Positions 27,120 to 37,700 of a stretch of 64,000 nt of DNA are shown here, in pieces; positions within the stretch are counted from its first letter, which is position 1, and each line of letters starts with the position of its first letter. The stretch covers positions 18,872 to 82,871 of the forward strand of contig CAZFQL010000010.1 of the NCBI GenBank assembly GCA_964520905.1. The letters are read 5' to 3'. Source of the DNA: an uncultured Chlorobiaceae bacterium. GTDB lineage: Bacteria > Bacteroidota > Ignavibacteria > UBA10030 > SZUA-254. Position numbers and translations under genes: made by a program. The notes beneath the pieces were generated by a model. That model searched no databases, was not told the origin of the DNA, and was given only the letters and a program-made list of their open reading frames with translations.

Positions 27120-28727
27120 ATGGAAATTCGGTCAGATTTTCTTGTGATCGGAAGTGGAATAGCGGGATTATTTTTTGCCGTCAAGGCTTCCGAGATCGGT
27201 TCGGTTGCTATCATCACTAAAAAAGAAAAAGCAGAATCGAACACTAATTACGCTCAGGGTGGTATCGCGGCTGTAATCTCTACTCAGGATTCATTTGATC
27301 TGCATATCCAGGACACATTCAATACAGGGGTTGGTCTTTGCCATCGTGATGCAGTTGAATTGTTGGTTCGCGAAGGACCTTCACGATTAAAAGAATTGAT
27401 GAATATCGGTGTTGAGTTTACTCGCAAAGAAGGAGTACTCGACCTCGGACGCGAGGGAGGCCATTCGCGCAATCGAATCGTTCATGCGCAAGACCGCAGC
27501 GGATCTGAGATTGAGCGAGCGCTTCTGAATGCCATTGCTACTCGACCGAACATTACGATGTATGAAAATCATCTCGCGATCGATCTCATTACCGAACATC
27601 ATCTCGGGAAATCGGTAACGAAAGAGACATCTGTAAATTGCTGGGGCGCTTACGTTCTGGATATACATAATAACCTGGTGAAAAAATTCCTTTCTCCGGT
27701 AACGGTGTTGTGCTCGGGCGGACTCGGACAAGTATATCTTCATACTACGAATCCTCAGATTGCAACCGGTGACGGTGTCGCAATGGCGTATCGCGCGGGA
27801 GCGAAGATCGGCGATATGGAATTCATCCAATTCCATCCAACCTCATTATACGATTCCGGCTCGCCGGCATTTTTAGTTTCCGAAGCAATTCGTGGTTTCG
27901 GCGGCGTCTTGAAGACAAAACGAGGGGATGAATTCATGCAGCGTTACGATGAGCGCGGTTCACTTGCGCCTCGTGATATAGTTGCTCAGGCGATTGACAC
28001 CGAATTGAAAAAGTTCGGTGATGATTATGTACTGCTTGACGTCAGACATTTACCTTCTGACAAAATCAGAGAAAAATTTCCACACATCTACCAAACATGT
28101 CTTTCAAAATATAAACTCGATATTACACAAGAGCAGATTCCCGTCGTTCCTGCGGCACATTACGCCTGCGGAGGAGTAGTAACCGACCTTCATGCGAGAA
28201 CAACGATCGGCAACCTTTATGCTTGCGGTGAGGTAACTATGTCGGGAGTTCACGGCGCCAATCGTCTTGCAAGTAACTCTCTGCTTGAAGCAGTTGTGTT
28301 TTCGCATATTGCGTGTGAGGATGTAAGAAACAATCGCTCGATGTTAGAAATAAAAATTCCCGAGATTCCAGAATGGGACGACAGCGGAACATTCGATACC
28401 GAGGAATGGGTTCTCATCGAGCACGATAAAAAAGAAATCCAGCAAATCATGTGGGATTATGTCGGCATCGTACGTTCGGATCTTAAATTGGAACGAGCTC
28501 ACAGGAGAATAAGCTTAGTTCAGAATGAAATTGAAAATTTTTACAAGCGGACGAAAGTCGTAGAAGGATTGATTGAGCTTCGCAACCTTGCGACCGTTGC
28601 TGATCTCATCGTCAGGTGTGCGTTAAAGCGGAAAGAAAGCAGAGGATTACATTATACAACAGATTATCCAGAACGTAACGATAACCAATGGCTCCACGAC
28701 ACGATCGTTTCCTGTTGGGATGCTTGA
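27120..28727 (+). CDS. nadB: L-aspartate oxidase
   Basis: FAD fold DFLVIGSGIAGL, NTNYAQGGIAA, EFIQFHPT and GANRLASNSLLE are present. Confidence 0.94.
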   Translation: MEIRSDFLVIGSGIAGLFFAVKASEIGSVAIITKKEKAESNTNYAQGGIAAVISTQDSFDLHIQDTFNTGVGLCHRDAVELLVREGPSRLKELMNIGVEFTRKEGVLDLGREGGHSRNRIVHAQDRSGSEIERALLNAIATRPNITMYENHLAIDLITEHHLGKSVTKETSVNCWGAYVLDIHNNLVKKFLSPVTVLCSGGLGQVYLHTTNPQIATGDGVAMAYRAGAKIGDMEFIQFHPTSLYDSGSPAFLVSEAIRGFGGVLKTKRGDEFMQRYDERGSLAPRDIVAQAIDTELKKFGDDYVLLDVRHLPSDKIREKFPHIYQTCLSKYKLDITQEQIPVVPAAHYACGGVVTDLHARTTIGNLYACGEVTMSGVHGANRLASNSLLEAVVFSHIACEDVRNNRSMLEIKIPEIPEWDDSGTFDTEEWVLIEHDKKEIQQIMWDYVGIVRSDLKLERAHRRISLVQNEIENFYKRTKVVEGLIELRNLATVADLIVRCALKRKESRGLHYTTDYPERNDNQWLHDTIVSCWDA

Positions 28728-28757
28728 GTTCCATTTGTAATTTACGTAACTTCAACT

Positions 28758-30272
28758 ATGAAATCGTTTGAAATATCGGATAACATTTTTCTTGAAGAAG
28801 ATAAACCGCACGATCGTTGCGCAGTTTTTGGGATATATGGTCATGCAAAAGCGGCACAGATGGCATATTACGGACTTTTAGCGCAACAGCATCGAGGACA
28901 GGAAGCATCTGGAATTGTAACTTCATTTCATGACGAAACAACAGGTAAACATCATTTCCGGATTCATAAAGACTTTGGTTTAGTGAACGATGTCTTTCGT
29001 GATGATACAATTCTCAACGATGAACTTAAAGGAGATTTAGCCATAGGGCATAATCGTTATTCAACTGCCGGTGCGGCTGATAATCTGTTGAACATCCAAC
29101 CTCTCACGGTTAATTATCGTGATGGCAATATCGCAATTTCGCACAATGGCAATCTTACAAATTTTCGAGAACTCAGAAAATCTCTTCAGGATGAAGGAAC
29201 AATATTTCAAACAACATCGGATACTGAAATTATTCTACACCTGATGGCAAAGAGCAAGGAAAGAGATCAGATCCGACAGATAATTGAAGCACTAAACAGA
29301 GTTGAAGGCGCTTACTCACTCGCCATAATGACCGATGACAAACTCATCGCCGCACGGGATCCACACGGATGGAGACCTCTCGCAGTTGGTAAACTCGATG
29401 GTGCATATGTTATAGCGTCAGAAACTTGCGCTTTCGATATCATCAATGCAAAATACGTATGTGACGTTGAACCGGGCGAAATATTGGTAATCGATAAAAA
29501 CACGCTGCAAACCGGTGAGGCGAAATCGTTCAAGTTAAAAAAGGAAAATACACAATCTCACCATTGCATATTCGAGTATATTTATTTCTCGAGACCCGAC
29601 AGCTATATATTTGGTGAAAGTGTAGACCGTGTTCGGCGGAAGTTAGGTAAATCGTTAGCCCATGAGCATCCTGTCAAGCCATCGTTTGAGGGTGAAACGG
29701 TTGTCGTAATAAATGTGCCCGACTCGAGCAACACCGGCACTCTTGGTTATGTAAGTGCCAGCAACAAACTCGGTAATAAAAGTAAATATGAAATCGGGTT
29801 GATACGCAGTCATTATGTAGGGCGCACATTTATCCAACCTTTGCAAGATGTAAGAGAGATACGGGTTAAAACAAAATTTAATACTGTGAAAGGTGTCCTT
29901 CAAGGGAAAAAAGTTGTCATCATCGATGACTCGATCGTTCGAGGAACAACATCCAGGCAATTAGTAAAGTTGATTCGCAATTCGGGAGCAAGAGAAATTC
30001 ATTTTCGTGTTACATCCCCACCCATCCGTTATCCATGTTATTACGGTATGGATTTCCCGAATTCAAAAGAACTGATTGCAAATCGGTGCGATGGCGACAC
30101 AGATAAAATTAAAAATGAACTTGGTGTCGATAGTATCGGCTACCTTTCTCTAGAAAATCTTCTCGAATCTGTACCGCACGATCGTGGTGAATCTTATTGT
30201 ACCGCTTGTTTCAGCGGACAATTTCCAACCCAGATCGGTATAGATGTCACAAAAGATGAACACGAAGTTTAG
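28758..30272 (+). CDS. purF: Amidophosphoribosyltransferase
   Basis: Ntn Cys after a short propeptide (DRCAVFGIYG), PRTase motif VVIIDDSIVRGTTS, and C-terminal Cys residues (YCTACFSG). Confidence 0.95.
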   Translation: MKSFEISDNIFLEEDKPHDRCAVFGIYGHAKAAQMAYYGLLAQQHRGQEASGIVTSFHDETTGKHHFRIHKDFGLVNDVFRDDTILNDELKGDLAIGHNRYSTAGAADNLLNIQPLTVNYRDGNIAISHNGNLTNFRELRKSLQDEGTIFQTTSDTEIILHLMAKSKERDQIRQIIEALNRVEGAYSLAIMTDDKLIAARDPHGWRPLAVGKLDGAYVIASETCAFDIINAKYVCDVEPGEILVIDKNTLQTGEAKSFKLKKENTQSHHCIFEYIYFSRPDSYIFGESVDRVRRKLGKSLAHEHPVKPSFEGETVVVINVPDSSNTGTLGYVSASNKLGNKSKYEIGLIRSHYVGRTFIQPLQDVREIRVKTKFNTVKGVLQGKKVVIIDDSIVRGTTSRQLVKLIRNSGAREIHFRVTSPPIRYPCYYGMDFPNSKELIANRCDGDTDKIKNELGVDSIGYLSLENLLESVPHDRGESYCTACFSGQFPTQIGIDVTKDEHEV

Positions 30273-30278
30273 GCGAGG

Positions 30279-30839
30279 ATGAACGAGCGAATCTGGACTA
30301 TCTCGAATCTTCTAAGTATTCTTCGGATTATCTTAGTCATACCTATAGTTGCTCTTCTGCAAGACAATAATCCTGCGGACAGATTGCTAATACTCACTTT
30401 GTTGATTATTGCCGCGCTAACTGATTTGTTTGATGGCATGTTCGCACGAAAGTTAAATCAAGTCACTGAATTCGGAAAAATAATCGATCCGGTTGCGGAT
30501 AAAATTGCAATCGGAGCTATTTCTATCGTCATAGCTATCCAGGGGAAATTACCGTTTTGGTTTATTGTTCTGGTTATTCTCAGAGATATTGTTATTATGG
30601 CTGGAGGAGTGTACGTTAAAAATAAAAAACATATTACTTTGCAATCAAATACGATAGGGAAATGGGCTGTACTTGTCATCAGCTTACTGATCATATTGTC
30701 AATTTTCGATTTTTATGGTATACTCTGGCTGAAAACATTGTTGCTCGCTATTGGTGCAGTGGTACTCGTTCTATCGTTCATATTTTATCTGAATCGTTTC
30801 ATCGGGGTAATCCGCGAAGATAAACAAGAAATTCATTAA
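30279..30839 (+). CDS. CDP-alcohol phosphatidyltransferase family protein (PgsA-like)
   Basis: Signature DLFDGMFARKLNQVTEFGKIIDPVADK (D-x2-DG-x2-AR-x8-G-x3-D-x3-D), 186 aa, multi-TM. Confidence 0.85.
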   Translation: MNERIWTISNLLSILRIILVIPIVALLQDNNPADRLLILTLLIIAALTDLFDGMFARKLNQVTEFGKIIDPVADKIAIGAISIVIAIQGKLPFWFIVLVILRDIVIMAGGVYVKNKKHITLQSNTIGKWAVLVISLLIILSIFDFYGILWLKTLLLAIGAVVLVLSFIFYLNRFIGVIREDKQEIH

Positions 30840-30853
30840 ACAGAATATTTACA

Positions 30854-31804
30854 ATGGGCTTTTTCGATAAATTCAAATTAAGCAGACTCAAAGAGGGACT
30901 AACAAAAACCCGTGAGAATATTTTTGGCAGGATTCAAAAAATTCTTGCAGGCAAAACGAAAATTGATGACGAGCTTTTAAATAATCTCGAAGAGATATTG
31001 ATCTCCGGTGATGTAGGCGTTAGTACGACTATGATAATCATCGAACACATTCGCCTTCGGGTGAAAAAAGATGGCTACGAGAATCCTGCCGATCTGGATA
31101 ATCTTCTGCGTGAAGAAATTGAAAAACTTCTCGTTAATGATCTTATCTCAGAAAATGATCCGTTCTATCTGCCAACAGAGCACAAGCCTCATGTAATAAT
31201 GATTGTCGGTGTTAACGGAGTCGGGAAGACTACTACGATCGGTAAGTTGGCTTATAATTATAAAAATGCTGGCAAGAAAGTATTGATAGCGGCGGCAGAC
31301 ACGTTCCGCGCCGCCGCTAATGAACAGCTTGAGATATGGACAAAACGCGCAGGGGTCGATATAATACAACAAGAACCGGGAGCTGACCCTGCGGCAGTAT
31401 CATATGATGCCTTGAAATCTGCGATGGTTCACGGGTCGGATGTTTTAATAATAGATACAGCCGGACGTCTACACACAAAAATAAATTTGATGGAGGAACT
31501 GAAAAAAATAAAGCGCGTACTTCAGAAACTCATTCCCGATGCGCCTCACGATGTGCTTTTGGTACTCGATGCATCGACGGGGCAGAATGCTATTCAGCAG
31601 GCGAAACAATTTACCGCCGCGGTTGGTATCACCGGACTTGTGCTGACGAAGTTGGATGGAACGGCTAAAGGCGGTGTAGTGCTTGCAATAAATCAGGAAC
31701 TCAGCATACCGGTTAAATATATCGGTGTGGGCGAAAAGATAGACGATCTTCAGCCATTCGATCGTAAGGCATTTGTTGAAGCTTTATTCGAAAGAGAACA
31801 ATGA
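30854..31804 (+). CDS. ftsY: Signal recognition particle receptor FtsY
   Basis: NG domain with [21 protein letters not shown] and [10 protein letters not shown]. Confidence 0.95.
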   Translation: MGFFDKFKLSRLKEGLTKTRENIFGRIQKILAGKTKIDDELLNNLEEILISGDVGVSTTMIIIEHIRLRVKKDGYENPADLDNLLREEIEKLLVNDLISENDPFYLPTEHKPHVIMIVGVNGVGKTTTIGKLAYNYKNAGKKVLIAAADTFRAAANEQLEIWTKRAGVDIIQQEPGADPAAVSYDALKSAMVHGSDVLIIDTAGRLHTKINLMEELKKIKRVLQKLIPDAPHDVLLVLDASTGQNAIQQAKQFTAAVGITGLVLTKLDGTAKGGVVLAINQELSIPVKYIGVGEKIDDLQPFDRKAFVEALFEREQ

Positions 31805-32814
31805 AGTTGCTGTTCCGATATCATGAATTACATCTTCAGCATACATTCACCATATCGAGAAGTTCCAGCAATGTAAGACCCTCTTTCATCATCGAGATTG
31901 AGCATGACGGGATTATTGGTTATGGCGAATCGGCGCCGTCCGAGCGCTATGGCGAGGATAAAAGTACTGTTATTGAGTTTCTGAAAAAGATCGATCTGTC
32001 ACAGTTCTCAGATCCTTTTGAACTTGAAGATATTTTAAGTTATATCGGAAATCTTTCGGATGGAAATAACTCCGCAAAAGCCGGAATAGATATCGCTCTC
32101 CATGATTGGATTGGAAAGAAGTTGAATTTGCCGGTTTGGAAATTATTAGGATTAAACAAAAGCAAGACGCCATCGACGTCTTTTACGATCGGAATCGATT
32201 CGATTGCGATGATCTAACAGAAAGTTAAGGAGGCGGAAAGCTTTCCGATTTTGAAAGTAAAAGTTGGTGTTCACAACGATATCGAGATCATCAAATCCAT
32301 ACGTAATCTAACCGATAAAATAATTCGTGTCGATGCAAACGAAGGATGGAAATCGAAAGAAGAAGCTCTGGAGAAAATTCTGCGGCTCGAAGAACAGGGG
32401 ATTGAATTGATCGAACAGCCATTGCCAGCGGATGATCTTGAAGGTACGGCATGGTTGAGGGAGAGGGTACATATTCCGTTAATTGCCGATGAGAGTTTTA
32501 GATATTCGAAAGACCTCCGCAATCTTCACGGTGTATTTGACGGAATCAACATCAAACTAATGAAGTGTTCTGGAATGAGAGAAGCGGTGAGGGCTATTCA
32601 CGTCGCCGGAGCCTTGAACATGAAGATTATGATCGGCTGTATGATTGAGAGTTCTGTTGGGATTTCGGCAGCCGCACAACTGTCGGCTATGGCTGATTAT
32701 GTTGACTTAGATGGTAATTTACTAATAACAAACGATCCTTTCAGCGGGATAAATGTCTTAAATGGAAAATTGATTTTAAGCGATCTTCCCGGATTAGGTG
32801 TACACAGCAAGTAA
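31801..32814 (+). pseudogene. Dipeptide (L-Ala-D/L-Glu) epimerase, enolase superfamily, interrupted by one in-frame TAA at 32215-32217
   Basis: ORFs 31801-32217 (MR_MLE N-domain) and 32251-32814 (barrel with KVKVG, DANEGW, IEQP, ADES, KLMKCSG) are in the same frame. Translation runs on through the stop: ...DSIAMI*QKVKEAESFPILKVKVG. Confidence 0.8.
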
Positions 32815-32841
32815 ATCAATTATAAAATTTCGAATTGCTCA

Positions 32842-34662
32842 ATGACGTCAAGAATAAAGATATTACCGGAAAGTTTAGCAAGTAAAATTGCGGCTGGAGA
32901 GGTTGTCCAGCGTCCAGCATCCGCTGTCAAAGAGTTGGTTGAGAATTCGGTCGATGCCCATGCGAAATCGATTTCTGTAATAATTAAAGATGCCGGCAAA
33001 ACTCTTATTCATGTAATAGACGACGGAGATGGTATGACGCCTGAAGATGCGCGCGTTGCATTTCATCGTCATGCGACAAGCAAAATATCTACGTATGAAG
33101 ACCTGGAAAATATTCTTACTTTAGGTTTCCGTGGTGAAGCTCTGGCTTCGATAGCGGCAGTCTCGCACGTTGAGCTGCGAACGAGACCTCATGCGTCTTC
33201 TATCGGTACAAAGGTACGGATCGAGGGGGGTGCTATTGTTGATTGCGAAGAAGACTCGACTGCGCCCGGTACTTCTATTCAGATAAAAAATCTTTTTTTC
33301 AATACTCCCGGAAGAAGAAATTTTCTGAAGAGCACTAACACAGAGTACAAGCATATTTTCGATAGTATTCAGAATATAGCGCTTTCGTATCCTGAGATAA
33401 GCATAAAATTCATAAGCAATGAAGAGACGGTTCTAAACCTGAAAGCATCTTCGTTCAACGAGCGCTTTGCCGAAATATTTGGTGAGAAGCTTGCTAACTC
33501 TCTAATCAAATTCGAAGACGTAAACGAGTTGATTACGGTAAATGGATATTTAGGAAAACCAGACTATGCGCGGAAAGGACGATCAGAACAATTTCTCTTT
33601 CTCAATCGCAGGATTATTGTCAGCAGGAATCTGAATCATGCCGTGTTCCAGGCGTACGAACACCTGATTGAGAAAGGCAGCTTTCCGGTTTTTGTTCTAT
33701 TCATCACGATCGATCCACACAAAATCGACGTAAATGTTCATCCTTCGAAAATGGAAGTTAAATTTGAGAACGAATCTTCAGTTTACCGTATGATTTTTAC
33801 TGCTGTGCGAAAGGCATTATCGTCCCACGATTTGATTCCTAAGGTGGGAATGAGGGAAGATGGTTCGATTGATGCGTTTAGTAAGATGCAATTTCAAACT
33901 TCTCATCAGATTCCGGTGCAGCGTCCAGCATGGAATTCCCATACCGGTTTGGATAAGTCATCGTTTATTCCAACACAGCAATCATTTAAATCCGATTCGG
34001 CATTCTTGAATAAGATTGATAAATCATTCAACGAATATCATGGTGCCGATTCACATCCTGTCCAAACTGAACATCAAAATCCATCAACGACAATTTCTCC
34101 GATCTGGCAAATCCATAACAAGTACATCATGGTTCCTATTGAATCGGGGATTATGATAGTCGATCAACATGCCGCGCATGAAAGAGTATTATATGAGCGC
34201 GCAGTCGAGCAGTTTAATCAGACTAATATCCATTCTCAGCAGTTGTTATTTCCGCATACTCTTCAGATGACTGTTGGTGATGTTGCACTAATCAAGGATT
34301 TACTGCCGCATCTGGAGAAACTGGGTTTTTGTATTAAACTTTTTGGAAATACCACCGTCATTCTTGAAGGAGTTCCCGTCGATATTAAACCCGGTAACGA
34401 AGGGATAATTCTCCAGGATATACTTGATCTCTACAAAGAAGATGAACAAAATATTAAGATTGAACCGAAGGAACGCCTCATAAAATCATACTCATGCAAA
34501 GCGGCAGTGAAATCGGGCGACCCTCTTAATCTGCTTGAGATGCATTCCCTGATGGATCAATTATTCGCCACTAACCTGCCTTATGTGTGCCCGCACGGAA
34601 GACCCGTTCTTATCAAAATGATGTTGAATGAATTGGATAAGCGGTTCGGACGCACCTCATAA
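32842..34662 (+). CDS. mutL: DNA mismatch repair protein MutL
   Basis: GHKL ATPase N-terminus (IAAGEVVQRPASAVKELVENSVDA, DDGDGM, LGFRGEAL) and C-terminal endonuclease-type dimerisation domain (VDQHAAHERVLYE, CPHGRP). Confidence 0.95.
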   Translation: MTSRIKILPESLASKIAAGEVVQRPASAVKELVENSVDAHAKSISVIIKDAGKTLIHVIDDGDGMTPEDARVAFHRHATSKISTYEDLENILTLGFRGEALASIAAVSHVELRTRPHASSIGTKVRIEGGAIVDCEEDSTAPGTSIQIKNLFFNTPGRRNFLKSTNTEYKHIFDSIQNIALSYPEISIKFISNEETVLNLKASSFNERFAEIFGEKLANSLIKFEDVNELITVNGYLGKPDYARKGRSEQFLFLNRRIIVSRNLNHAVFQAYEHLIEKGSFPVFVLFITIDPHKIDVNVHPSKMEVKFENESSVYRMIFTAVRKALSSHDLIPKVGMREDGSIDAFSKMQFQTSHQIPVQRPAWNSHTGLDKSSFIPTQQSFKSDSAFLNKIDKSFNEYHGADSHPVQTEHQNPSTTISPIWQIHNKYIMVPIESGIMIVDQHAAHERVLYERAVEQFNQTNIHSQQLLFPHTLQMTVGDVALIKDLLPHLEKLGFCIKLFGNTTVILEGVPVDIKPGNEGIILQDILDLYKEDEQNIKIEPKERLIKSYSCKAAVKSGDPLNLLEMHSLMDQLFATNLPYVCPHGRPVLIKMMLNELDKRFGRTS

Positions 34663-34787
34663 TTGCACCGCTAATTATTTTAAACTTAAGGTATAATACT
34701 TGATTTGAGAAATCTTGATATTGCCTTAATGGATACTTATCTTTTATAAGATCAACACATCCTCACAAGACACTATAGCGCCCGGTA

Positions 34788-37700
34788 ATGATTAGTTCAG
34801 GTATTAAAATATTTCTATCGATGTTTTTCTACGCAACGATTTCACTCATCGGACAGGAAATCTATCCATCCCGGCAAGCAAGCTTACCTCATCAGAATAA
34901 ATCAGGCATTGAGAAAGCTCTGCCATTTCGATTGCGATCACTTAACATCGGTTCGCATCATCTAAATGATACAGCTTTTGCAAGAGATCAATTGTTAAAT
35001 ACTTCCCCATCGTTATCCGCCGGGGATGGTATCCCTGCATCTATTAAAACGGATGTGCATGAAATTGTCGGGGATGTAACGGTTGATTGGGTCAATCGGT
35101 ACTCATCAAATCTGCTTCCATCGGACGATTATGCCAACGACATTACAACGGATAATCAACAGAATATTTATGTGACTGGGGTTAGTAACACAAGCTTCAC
35201 GGGCGCCGATTATTTCACAATGAAATACAACAAAAGGGGAGACAGTCTCTGGACGCGCAGGTTCAACGGCAGGGGAAATGGTTATGATGAAGCGACCTCG
35301 CTCGCTGTAGATAATAACGGGAATGTTTTTGTTACCGGTTACAGTTTTAATGGCGTTACCGGTTTCGATATTGTTACGGTTAAATACACAAGCGACGGTA
35401 TGATCGAGTGGATAAAAGAATACAACGGTAAGGATGATAGTACAGATATTCCCATTGAAATAGCACTCGACAAAGATGGAAATATTATTCTTACAGGTTA
35501 TGAATATACTGCGAGTAGCGGTATCGATATTATCACCATAAAATATAATTCATCAGGGACAGAACAATGGATCCGAAAGTTCAACGGACCGGCGGAAGGC
35601 GATGATAGACCGACTGCATTAAATATTGATCCGGCAGGCAATTGTTTTGTAACAGGATTCAGTAACGGATTGGGAACAGGTTCTGATTTTCTAATTATTA
35701 AGTATGATCCGAATGGAACCGAACTATGGAGTGATCGTTATACCTCAGCCGGTTCAACGGAGGATATCTCGACTTCTGCAGCGATTGACTCTCTCGGAAA
35801 CAGTTATTTGACGGGTTATAGTTATCAGTCGGCTACTTCTTATGATTATATGACGATCAAGTATAATCAGTATGGTATACGCCAGTGGGTATCGATATAC
35901 AACGATTCATTAGATGGAAGTGATTATGCGACTGCGATAGGCATTGATGATGCTGGGAATGTTTTTGTGACCGGATCGAGCTGGGGGGGATTGAATTCGG
36001 ATGATTATGTTACCGTAGAATATGATTCGAGCGGTCTGATGAAATGGAGCAGACGGTATGATGGAACGGACAAACTATCGGATGTTCCAACTGTATTGGT
36101 TGTAGATGATCCGAACGGTAAGGTTTACATAACGGGATCGATCAATTATAAAATCGGAGGATCGAGGGATATTGTTACCATCCAGTACTCGAAGAATGGA
36201 TCGGAATTATGGATCGATCGATATGACGGACCCGCAAGCGCCGATGATTATCCTGCAAGTATAGCGTTGGATATAAAGGGAAATGTTTTCATCGTTGGCA
36301 GCAGTAAGGGCGAGATGACATCATATGATTTAGTGACAATGAAGTATTTAGGCAAAGAGTATGATCAATGGCCCTCACGGTTCAATAATGGATCCGGAAA
36401 CAATTGGACAAATGCGATGACAATAGATCAGAATGGAAATGTTTATATTATCGGCACAGATTCTTCACATTACCTCATAGTTAAATACGATTCGATCGGT
36501 GTTAAACAATGGTCTGAGGAATTCGGACAATCGGGAAGCAATGCTACCGGGATCGCTGTTGACGGATCGGGGAATGTTTACGTTACAGGTTACTCTACCG
36601 GTCTCAACAATAATCTTGATTATGCTACTTTAAAGTACGATGCATCCGGCAATCAAAAATGGGCTGCATGGTATAATGGAACAGCCGATGATGCTGATCG
36701 GGCTTCCGCCATAACTTTGGATTCAAGCGGTTCAGTTTATGTTACCGGAACAAGTGCAGGCGCAGGAACCCGTAAAGATTATCTTACCATAAAATATGAT
36801 TCATCGGGCATACAAAAATGGATAGCAAGATATAACGGCAGTTCGAATTTAGACGAATCTGCCGTGTCGCTCGCACTCGATAAAATTGGGAATGTTTATG
36901 TTACCGGAACCGGTGTAAGAAACGGAAGCTCGAATGACTTTCTTACAATAAAATACAATTCGAAGGGTGCAAAAGTATGGGAAGTATATTATGATGGAAC
37001 AGGAAACGGTACCGACGTAGCTAAAGCCATTGCAGTTGATGATATAGGCAGTGTTTATATAACCGGCAGGAGTTTCGGCTCTCTGACGTTATCAGATTAT
37101 GTGACTATAAAATATAGCACGTATGGAATTCAGGAGTGGATAGCGCGGTACGATGGACCGGAAAATAATAATGATGATCCTGTAGCTTTAACGGTAGATG
37201 CTAACAATAATGTTTACGTCACTGGTTCCAGCTATTCTGATCGTTCAAGTTTGGATTTTCTTACGGTTAAATATAACAGCAACGGGAATATCCAATGGGT
37301 GAGAGCTTTCAACGGTTCAGGGAATGGATCGGATCAGGCAATCGCTATATCTACAGATGGATTTGGCAATGCTTACATTACAGGAACGAGTCTTGGTAAC
37401 GGAACTATGAATGATATTGCCGCAATCAAATATACTTCAACCGGTGAACTCGCTTGGGCAGTCCGTTACAACGATATATTGAATGCCGATGATGCAGCCA
37501 GATCTATAGCAATTGACCGGTACGGTTATTTTTACGTGGGCGGCAATAGTGTCGGAGCGGATTCGAAGCAGGATATTCTTATTTTGAAATACCGTGTTAC
37601 CGGTACTCCCGATCAAGCATGGCCCGCTCGTGCCGATGGTCGTGGTGTTGGGAAAGATATTGCCAAAACATTTCTTGTCGATTCACTCGGACAGGTTTAT

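Noticed and set aside
32215-32217. Programmed recoding or read-through of the stop codon inside the epimerase.
   Set aside because: The codon is TAA, not TGA (Sec) or TAG (Pyl), and I see no recoding signal. A nonsense mutation or a sequence error is the simpler explanation.
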